Positions 32,665-40,187 of a DNA stretch of 64,000 bases are shown here, in pieces; the first letter of the stretch is position 1, and every line of letters starts with the position of its first letter. The notes beneath the pieces were generated by a model that was not told where the DNA came from, did not search any database, and worked only from the letters and a program-made list of their open reading frames with translations. Source of the DNA: Thermoanaerobaculia bacterium (lineage in GTDB: Bacteria; Acidobacteriota; Thermoanaerobaculia; UBA5066); the NCBI GenBank assembly GCA_963719225.1, contig CAVRAY010000002.1, positions 96,001-160,000 of the forward strand, in the 5' to 3' direction. The translations under genes were made by a program, and so were the position numbers.

Positions 32665-33270
32665 ACCGGAATCGGTGGATCTGAGGACCCCGCCGCCATA
32701 TGTCCAGGCCTAGATCGTGGCGGGGTTGGCAGGATTGATGGCCTGGGCTGGCACGTTCAGGTTCGTAACTTCCGCCATGGCGGCGGTCCACGTCCCACCA
32801 GCGTCAGTGGACTTGAAGACCCCGCCAGCCATCCCGGCATAGAGTGTAGCGGGGTCTACGGGATTTATGGCCAGAGCCAGGACCTGCAGGTTCGTGAGTC
32901 CCGTGTTGGCGGCGGCCCAGGTGCTGCCGGAGTTGGTGGACTTGAAGACCCCGTCGATCGTCGCAGCGTAGAGCGTAGCGGGGGTCGAGGGATTGATGGC
33001 CAGGGCGCTGACGGCCCCGGACGTGAGTCCCGTGCTGGCGTCCGTCCAAATGCCGCCGGCGTCAGTCGACCTGATGACCCCGCTGCCGCCCGCGGCGTAG
33101 ATCGTGGCGGGAGTCACTGGGTTGATGGCCAGAGCTGTGATGTTTCCGTCGAATGGCCCGCCGCCCGTCCAGACGCCCTGTCCGGCGTGAGCGACCGTGG
33201 AGAACGATGTGCCGATCGCCAGGAGGAGGCAGGCTGCCGTGTAACGCAGTGGAGAGTCTGTGTGTCGCAT
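32665..33270 (-). pseudogene. 5' half of the split BNR-repeat gene
   Basis: Signal peptide plus ~3.5 repeats; premature TAG at 32712-32710, after which the frame continues AWTYGGGVLRSTDSG up to the insertion. Confidence 0.85.
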
Positions 33271-33306
33271 TTTGCTACCTCAATCTTCCGACTGTGGAAC
33301 GCGGTT

Positions 33307-36300
33307 CTATTTCGCTTCGACGGCGGTGGGATCGTTGGTGGTCTCGTCGATGACGGAGGCGAAGCCGGTGAAAGCGGCTCCTGGCGTGGATGAAGAGAGA
33401 ACGAGCCGGGCGCCGGTGACCAGGCCCGAGACTCCCATGTCGCGGACGACCCGATTGATCTGCGTCATGCCGTTCGGGGGAACGGAGTAGCTCCTCGTGG
33501 CAAGGGTCGCGCCGGCAGGAGATACGAGAGCGGCGTCGACCGTCGTGGAAACGTCGGCGTTGCTGGCGAGGATGAGATTGGAGCGGAAGCCGTCGCCCTC
33601 GCGGATGTAGAGGATCGAGCCTGAAGAGCCGGCGGGAATCAAGTTCGAGGCAGAAACGGCCGGAATGGTCTGGCTCAACGTTCCGCCAAACCCGGGCGTG
33701 GACGTCACGGAGACGATGTTGAGAGAAGGGGTGTCCGACGAGATACGGATAGCTCCGAAGTTCGAGGTCTGGTTGAAGACCGAGCCGAGAACGTCCAAGT
33801 AGGTGACAGACTTGCCGGACTCGAGGTTGAAGGTCTTCTCGGGGCCGCTCGAGCCGTCCTGGTTGTTGCCGAGGAACTTCATCGTGAAATTCGCGGGCGC
33901 GGCGCCGACGTTGGCGACCGCGACTTTCGTCGTATAGAAGGCGAGGTTGAGGCCGCTCGAATGGGCGCTCGCGGGAAGAAGCCAGATGTACGGCGCGGAC
34001 CCGGAGACGGCGAGGGGTTGGGCGAGGACCGCGGTCGGATCATTCGTCGTCTCGTCGATGACGGAGGCGAGAGCGGTGAAGGAGGCGCCCGTAGTCGAGG
34101 AGGAGAGAACGAGACGTGCGCCGGTGACGGGACCCGAGACTCCCATGTCCCTCACGACGCGGCTGATCTGGGTCATGCCGTTCGGCGGAACGGGGTAGGT
34201 CTTCGTCGCGAGGGTCTCGCCCGCCGGCGAGACGAGCGCGACGTCGACTTCCGTGGTGACGGAGGATCCGCTCGCGAGGATGAGGTTGGAGCGGAAACCG
34301 TCGCCCTCGCGGATGTAGAGGATCGATCGTGTGGAGCCGGCGGGAATGAGATCGGTGAAAGGGATGGTCGGAATCGCCTGACCGAAAGTTCCGCCGAAGC
34401 CGGGAGTGGAAGTCACCGAGACGATGTCAAGCGTCGAGGAATTCGACGTGATGCGGATGGCGCCGAAGTTATTCGTCTGGCTGAAGACCGAGCCGAGGAC
34501 GTCGAGGAACGTCGTGGACTTGCCCGGATCGAGGTTGAAGGACCGCTCGGGACCGGTCGAGCCGTCCTGGTTGTTGCCGAGGAACTTCAGTGTAAAGGAA
34601 GCCGCCGAGACGCCGGTGTTCGCGACCGCGACGTTCGTCGTGTAGAAGGCGCCGTTTACGCCAGAGGAGTGAGCGCTCGTGGGGAGGAGTGCGGTGATCG
34701 TGCTCGCTGCTGGAGCCGTCAATTGCCACACGCCGCCGCCCTCGAGCCCGGCGTAGAGGGTCACGGTTGCCCCCGTTGGGGCCAGGGCCAGAGCGTTGAC
34801 GTACAGGCTCGGCAGGCCGGTGTTAATCGCCTCCCAGGTGCCCCCGGAGTCGGTGGACCTGAGGACCCCGCCATTCGTCCCGGCGTACAGCGTGGCTGGC
34901 GTCGTCGGATCGATGGCCAGGGCGTTGACGCTCAGGTTCGTCAGCCCCGTGTTGGCGGCGGCCCAGGTCGACCCGCCGTTAGTGCTCTTGAAGACGCCCC
35001 TGTCAGTCCCGGCATAGAGCGTGGCCGTCTTCGAAGGATCGATGACCAGGTTTTCAACGCGGGTGGCGGTCAGGCCTGCGTTGATGGCGCTCCAGCTCCC
35101 CCCACCGTTGGTGCTCTTGAAGGCGCCGCCGTTCGACGTGCCGGCGTAGAGCGTGGCAGGCGTCGAGGGATCGATGGCCAGGGCCGTCACGTAAGTCACG
35201 TAAGTGTCGGGCGCAAGTTGCAGACCTGTGTTGATCGCGCTCCAGCTCCCCCCGCCGTTGGTGCTCTTGAAGAGGCCCCCGCCACCCTCCCGATAGCTGC
35301 GAGTCCCTGCATAGAGCGTGGCCGGCGACAAAGGATCAATCACCAGCGCGTAGACGGAACCCAGTGCGAAGACATAACTCCCGAGGCTCCCCGACCAGTG
35401 AGCTCCGCCGTCGGTGCTTTTGTAGAACCCGGGGTATTCATAATAGAAATCAGATGATGTGCCGGCGTAGACGGTGTCCGGCGCCGAAGGATCGACGGCC
35501 AGGGCCTGGAGCTTGGAGTAGAGGGCTTGGATAGCCGTCCAGCTCCCTCCGCCGTCGGTGCTCTTGAAGACGCTGCCATTGGGGTAACTGCCGGCGTACA
35601 CGGTGGTCGGCGCCGAGGGACCAACGGCCAGGGCGGTGACAGAGGACTTCATGCCCGTGTTGGTGGCCGTCCAGCTCTCCCCGCCGTCGGTGCTCTTGAA
35701 GACTCCTAGGAGAGTGCCGGCATAGAGGGTGGCTCCCGAAGGATCAATGGCGAGGGCCTGGACACCGCTGTCGGTCAGGCCGGAGTTGATGGGGCTCCAG
35801 CTCCCCCCGCCGTTGGTGCTCTTGAAGACGCCGCCGCCATAGGTTCCGGCGTAGAGGGTGGCCGGCGCAGAAGGGTCGATGACCAGGGCGTAGACGTACC
35901 GATTCGCCAGGCCCGTGTTGATGGCCGTCCAGCTCTCCCCACCGTTGGTGCTCTTGAAGGCACCGTTATACGCACCGGCGTAGAGCGTGGCGGGAGTCGA
36001 GCGATCGATGACCAGGGCGTCGACGGAGACGTTGGTCAGGCCGGTGTTGATGGCGGTCCAGCTCCCCCCGCCGTTGGTGCTCTTGAAGACACCGCCGCCC
36101 TCGTTCGCCGTGCTCGCGTAAAGCGTGGTCGGCGTCGACGGGTCAACCGCCAGGGCGATGACCAGGGTGCTGGTCAGGCCCGTGTTGATGGCTGTCCAGC
36201 TCGCCCCGCCGTTGGTGCTCTTGAAGACGCCCGCCAGGAGCGTGCCGGCGTAGAGCGTAGCTGGAGTCATAGGCTCAATGGCCAGGGTGTTGACATAAGT

Positions 36301-36690
36301 GTCTGTCAGGCCAGTGTTGATGGCTATCCAGCTCTCCCCGCCATTGGTGCTCTTGAAGACGCCGCCCTGAGTACCGGCGTACACCGTGGCTGGGTTCGAG
36401 GGGTCGATGGCCAGGGCGTAGACGCCCACGTTCGTCAGTCCGGTGTTGGCGGCAGCCCATGTGCCGCCCGAGTCGGTGCTCTTGAGGACGCCGCGGCCGT
36501 CGCCTGTGCCGGCGTAGAGCGTCGCCGGGTTCGCGGGGTTTATGGCCAGGGCTCTGATGTCCCCGCCGTAGGGTCCGTTGGTTGTCCAGGCTCCGACGCC
36601 CGCCGAGACTGTCGATGCGGGAGAAGCCAGGCCTGCGAGTATGAGGAGGGGAAGAAGACGGCGGATGCGGTTGTGCGTGGCGTTCTTCAT
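33307..36690 (-). CDS. Secreted BNR/Asp-box repeat beta-propeller protein with two tandem ~235-aa C-terminal domains
   Basis: Signal peptide; about 14 repeats of ALAIDPxxPATLYAGT..GVFKSTxGGxSW; duplicated LLP.SAHSSG...ASVIDETTNDPT domain. Confidence 0.92.
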   Translation of the reverse strand: MKNATHNRIRRLLPLLILAGLASPASTVSAGVGAWTTNGPYGGDIRALAINPANPATLYAGTGDGRGVLKSTDSGGTWAAANTGLTNVGVYALAIDPSNPATVYAGTQGGVFKSTNGGESWIAINTGLTDTYVNTLAIEPMTPATLYAGTLLAGVFKSTNGGASWTAINTGLTSTLVIALAVDPSTPTTLYASTANEGGGVFKSTNGGGSWTAINTGLTNVSVDALVIDRSTPATLYAGAYNGAFKSTNGGESWTAINTGLANRYVYALVIDPSAPATLYAGTYGGGVFKSTNGGGSWSPINSGLTDSGVQALAIDPSGATLYAGTLLGVFKSTDGGESWTATNTGMKSSVTALAVGPSAPTTVYAGSYPNGSVFKSTDGGGSWTAIQALYSKLQALAVDPSAPDTVYAGTSSDFYYEYPGFYKSTDGGAHWSGSLGSYVFALGSVYALVIDPLSPATLYAGTRSYREGGGGLFKSTNGGGSWSAINTGLQLAPDTYVTYVTALAIDPSTPATLYAGTSNGGAFKSTNGGGSWSAINAGLTATRVENLVIDPSKTATLYAGTDRGVFKSTNGGSTWAAANTGLTNLSVNALAIDPTTPATLYAGTNGGVLRSTDSGGTWEAINTGLPSLYVNALALAPTGATVTLYAGLEGGGVWQLTAPAASTITALLPTSAHSSGVNGAFYTTNVAVANTGVSAASFTLKFLGNNQDGSTGPERSFNLDPGKSTTFLDVLGSVFSQTNNFGAIRITSNSSTLDIVSVTSTPGFGGTFGQAIPTIPFTDLIPAGSTRSILYIREGDGFRSNLILASGSSVTTEVDVALVSPAGETLATKTYPVPPNGMTQISRVVRDMGVSGPVTGARLVLSSSTTGASFTALASVIDETTNDPTAVLAQPLAVSGSAPYIWLLPASAHSSGLNLAFYTTKVAVANVGAAPANFTMKFLGNNQDGSSGPEKTFNLESGKSVTYLDVLGSVFNQTSNFGAIRISSDTPSLNIVSVTSTPGFGGTLSQTIPAVSASNLIPAGSSGSILYIREGDGFRSNLILASNADVSTTVDAALVSPAGATLATRSYSVPPNGMTQINRVVRDMGVSGLVTGARLVLSSSTPGAAFTGFASVIDETTNDPTAVEAK

Positions 36691-36806
36691 GGTCCCCTTC
36701 CTACGTGATGATCAAGATGTCGCCGCGACGTCGGGAAGTCGTTGGAGAAACAATGGAAAGTTCCGGGATTCTTCCGGGAGCGCTGATGCGGATTCGATTC
36801 GGGAAG
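36650..36806. repeat. Duplicate of the 39330-39490 block (signal-peptide codons, divergent promoter, first codons of the wHTH-FHA gene)
   Basis: ATCAAGATGTCGCCGCGACGTCGGGAAGTCGTTGGAGAAACA is identical in both copies; remnant ATG at 36786 reads MRIRFGK versus MRIQFGE. Confidence 0.9.
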
Positions 36807-36844
36807 GTGCCGGGCCGGGCTCAGGGCCCGAACGGCCTGCCCGC

Positions 36845-39373
36845 TCACGGGTAAACGAAGAAGTACGGGTCGTAGAGCAGCGTCTTGTTTCCGGGTGCGC
36901 TGTGATACTCCTTCGACTGTCCGCTGACGGTGTCCGTAACGTCGATCCAGAATTCCACGTCCGTGAACGTCGGGATCGCGATCCAGGCCCGGCCGTTATC
37001 CGTCGCCGTGTTGATCCGGATCAGATACTCGTACGTGCTCGCGTTCGCGATCCAGAAGGCGCCTATAACGTCGGTCAGCTTCGCCTTTGAGAGGGTCGAC
37101 ACGGCGCCGCCCGCGTACTGGTTCCTCCAGTGGCTGCGGATCCGGTAGCGCCCCCCGGCGAGGCACATTGTGGCCGCGTCCTCGACACAGCTACTCGCCC
37201 CAGCGGACGCCACGGTGATCGACTTCGTCGTCGCATTCGAGCCGCCGCTGTTGCTCGCGGTAAGCGTAACCGGGAACGCGCCCGCCGTCGCAAAGGCGTG
37301 GGTCGGACTCTGCGCAGGGGAGCTAAACCCGTCCCCGAAATCCCACGACCACGACGTCGGCCCGCCGGTCGACGTGTCCGTGAACTGGATCGTCTGGCCG
37401 GCTGAGGGGGACGAAGGGGTGAACGAGAAGTTCGCGATGGTGCCGCTCGTAGGAGCTGTCAATTGCCACACGCTGCCGCCGTAGAGTCCGGCGTAAAGGG
37501 TCGTCGCTCCTGTGGGATCGAGGACGAGAGTTTTGATGTTCAGGTTCGGCAGACCAGCATTAACGGCCTCCCACGTACTGCCGGAGTTGGTGGACCTGAA
37601 GACCCCGCCGCCCCAGATCGCGGCGTAGAGCGTTATCGGAGCTGCTGGATTGATGGCCAGGGCAGTGACGTGCATGCCCGTCAGCCCCGTGTTGGCGGCG
37701 GCCCATGTGTCGCCAGAATCGACGGACTTGAAGACCCCGCCGTTGTATGTCCCGGCGTAAAGCGTGGCGCTAGTCGAAGGATCGATGGCCAAGGCGAAGA
37801 CGTTCAGGCCCGTCAGGCCCGAAGCAGCCCAGCTGGCCCCGGAGTCGGTGGACTTGAAGACTCCGCCGGGGCCGTATGTACCGGCGTAGAGGGTAGCCGG
37901 GGACGAGGGATCGATGGCCAAGGCGCTGAAGTACGCGTTCGTCAGGCCCGTATTCGCGGCGGTCCAACTGGCCCCCGAGTCAGTGCTCTTGAAGACGCCG
38001 CCGCCCAACGTGCCAGCGTAGAGCGTGGCGGGGGTCGTGGGGTTGATGGCAACGGCACTCACGTTCAGGTTTGTCAATCCCGTGCTGGCGGCCGCCCACG
38101 TACCGCCGGAGTCCGTGGACTTGAAGAGTCCGCTGCCGTTCGTCCCGGTATAGAGGGTTGTGGGGCTCGACGGATTGATGGCGAGGACGTATGGTGAATT
38201 CGACAATCCCGTGTTGGCGGCGGTCCAGGTGCCGCCTGAGTCGGTGGACTTGAGGACTCCTCCGCCGCCGTACGTCCCGGCGTAGAGCGTGGCGGGGGTC
38301 GTGGGGTTAATCGCCAGGGCCAAGACGTCTACGTTTGTCAGGCCCGTGTCGGCACGGACCCACGTGCTCCCTGAGTCGGTGGACTTGAAAACCCCATCGC
38401 CCGCGGCATAGAGCGTGGCAGGCGCCACGGGATTGATGGCCAGGGTTCGGATCGAAAAGTCCGTCGTTTCCCTATGGACGGCGACCCATGTCCCGCCAGC
38501 GTTGGTGGACTTGAAGATTTCGCCACCGCCCGCGGCGTAGAGCGTTGTGGGGGTCCGCGGATCGATGGCCAGGGCGCTGGCCCAATTCACCAGTCCACTG
38601 TTGGCGGCTCCCCACGTGCGGCCGGAATTGATGGACTTGAAGACTCCGCTGTTCGTCAAGACGTAGAGCGTTGTCGGCGTCGCGGGATCGATGACCGGGG
38701 TGGAGACGGAGTTGAACCACCACGGGTCGTACGGCAGTCCCACGTTGGCGTCGGCCCAGGTGCCGCCGGAGTCACTGGACCTGAAGACTCCGCCACTCCC
38801 CGCGGCGTATAGCGTTGTGGGAGTCGCGGGGTCGATGGCCAGGGAATAGACGTCCACGCTCGGCAGTCCCTCGCTGGCGGCGGCCCAAGTGCCGCCGGAG
38901 TCGGTGGACTTGAAGACCCCGCTGCCGCCCGCGGCGTAGATCGTGGCGGGAGTCACTGGGTTAATGGCCAGGGCGGAGATGTACACGCTCGGCAGTCCCT
39001 CGCTGGCGGCGGCCCAGGTGCCGCCGGAGTCCGTGGACTTGAAGACTCCGTCATTCGCCCCGGCGTAGAGCGTGGCGGGAGTTAGTGGGTTGATGGCCAG
39101 GGCGTAAACGGACACGCCGGTCAGGCCGCTGTTGACGGCGGCCCAACTGGCTCCGCCATCGGTGCTCTTGAAGACGCCGCCGCCATTCGCCCCGGCATAG
39201 AGCGTGGCGGGGTTCACGGGATCGATGGCCAGGGCTGTGATGTCTCCGCCGTACGGCCCACCGGTCGTCCAGACCCCGACGCCCGCCGCGACCGTCGAGG
39301 CGGGAAAGGCCAGGCCAACGAGAATGAGGAGGGGAAGAAGAGGGCGGATTCGGCTGTGTGCGGCGTTCTTCAT
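36845..39373 (-). CDS. Secreted BNR-repeat beta-propeller protein with PKD domain and Cys-containing C-terminal domain
   Basis: Signal peptide; about 14 repeats; PKD motif FTDTSTGGPTSWSWDFGDG; C-terminal CVEDAATMCLAGGRY...VTDT.SG..KEY. Confidence 0.92.
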   Translation of the reverse strand: MKNAAHSRIRPLLPLLILVGLAFPASTVAAGVGVWTTGGPYGGDITALAIDPVNPATLYAGANGGGVFKSTDGGASWAAVNSGLTGVSVYALAINPLTPATLYAGANDGVFKSTDSGGTWAAASEGLPSVYISALAINPVTPATIYAAGGSGVFKSTDSGGTWAAASEGLPSVDVYSLAIDPATPTTLYAAGSGGVFRSSDSGGTWADANVGLPYDPWWFNSVSTPVIDPATPTTLYVLTNSGVFKSINSGRTWGAANSGLVNWASALAIDPRTPTTLYAAGGGEIFKSTNAGGTWVAVHRETTDFSIRTLAINPVAPATLYAAGDGVFKSTDSGSTWVRADTGLTNVDVLALAINPTTPATLYAGTYGGGGVLKSTDSGGTWTAANTGLSNSPYVLAINPSSPTTLYTGTNGSGLFKSTDSGGTWAAASTGLTNLNVSAVAINPTTPATLYAGTLGGGVFKSTDSGASWTAANTGLTNAYFSALAIDPSSPATLYAGTYGPGGVFKSTDSGASWAASGLTGLNVFALAIDPSTSATLYAGTYNGGVFKSVDSGDTWAAANTGLTGMHVTALAINPAAPITLYAAIWGGGVFRSTNSGSTWEAVNAGLPNLNIKTLVLDPTGATTLYAGLYGGSVWQLTAPTSGTIANFSFTPSSPSAGQTIQFTDTSTGGPTSWSWDFGDGFSSPAQSPTHAFATAGAFPVTLTASNSGGSNATTKSITVASAGASSCVEDAATMCLAGGRYRIRSHWRNQYAGGAVSTLSKAKLTDVIGAFWIANASTYEYLIRINTATDNGRAWIAIPTFTDVEFWIDVTDTVSGQSKEYHSAPGNKTLLYDPYFFVYP

Positions 39374-39414
39374 GGTTTCCCTCCCGGCGTGATAATCAAG
39401 ATGTCGCCGCGACG

Positions 39415-39465
39415 TCGGGAAGTCGTTGGAGAAACACTGGGAAGTTCCGGGGTTTCTCCGGGAGC
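39415..39465. promoter_or_regulatory. 11-bp-periodic direct repeats, putative wHTH operator (module 1)
   Basis: GGGA/GGAG/GGGG cores at about 39417, 39428, 39439, 39450 and 39460; conserved in the duplicate at 36733, 36744, 36755, 36765 and 36776. Confidence 0.6.
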
Positions 39466-39470
39466 GCTGA

Positions 39471-40127
39471 TTGAGGATTCAATTCGGGGAGTGCGTGCTC
39501 GACTCCGAGACGCGGCAGCTCTCCGTTCGAGGTGAGGCGGTTCACCTTTCGCCGAAGGCCTTTCAGTTTCTGGAGCTGCTCCTGGAGAGCCGTCCCAAGG
39601 CCGTATCCAAGAGCGAGATCCACGAGCGCCTCTGGCCCGGCACGTTCGTTTCGGAGGGCACGCTCACGAGCCTTCTCGCCGAGGTCCGGTCGGCGACCGA
39701 AGACAGCGCTCGAGACTCGCGTTTCGTGCGGACCGTTCACCGCTTTGGCTATGCCTTCAGCGGACCTGCCGAGGAACATCGGGGAAGGGCTTCCGTCGCC
39801 GAAGGCCAGAACTTCGTTTACCGGCTCATCTGGGGAAACCGCGAAATCGCGCTGGGCCCAGGCGAGAACTTGTTTGGACGCGACGAAGATGCCGTCGTCT
39901 GGATCGACGATGCTCTCGTGTCGCGCCGGCATGCCCGAATCGTCATCGACGCGACGGGGGCGGTTCTGGAAGATCTCGGCAGCAAGAACGGGACGTACCT
40001 GCGCGGGAAGAGAATCGAAAACTCCAGGGAGCTCGCCGACGAGGATCAGATGACGATCGGACCGGCCTCGATGATCTTCCGCGTCTTCAAGCAGACGGCT
40101 TCGACGGCCACTGCGGTCGAGAAATAG
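39471..40127 (+). CDS. Winged-helix (OmpR/CadC-type) plus FHA domain transcriptional regulator
   Basis: LSPKAFQFL...LWP...VRTVHRFGYAF wHTH; GRD...VSRRHARI...LEDLGSKNGT FHA. Confidence 0.93.
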   Translation: MRIQFGECVLDSETRQLSVRGEAVHLSPKAFQFLELLLESRPKAVSKSEIHERLWPGTFVSEGTLTSLLAEVRSATEDSARDSRFVRTVHRFGYAFSGPAEEHRGRASVAEGQNFVYRLIWGNREIALGPGENLFGRDEDAVVWIDDALVSRRHARIVIDATGAVLEDLGSKNGTYLRGKRIENSRELADEDQMTIGPASMIFRVFKQTASTATAVEK

Positions 40128-40187
40128 TCAGAACGTCACTCCCCTGCCTGTGGATTGTGCGACGATCGGAGACGAGCGCTGGTGCCG

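Noticed and set aside
34720-39260. Regular ~130-bp DNA periodicity suggesting a CRISPR or other non-coding array
   Set aside because: The repeats are degenerate, in frame and encode beta-propeller blades; there is no repeat-spacer structure and no cas gene.
27226-39373. Diversity-generating retroelement (template/variable repeat)
   Set aside because: No reverse transcriptase in the window, and differences between the copies did not look adenine-specific.
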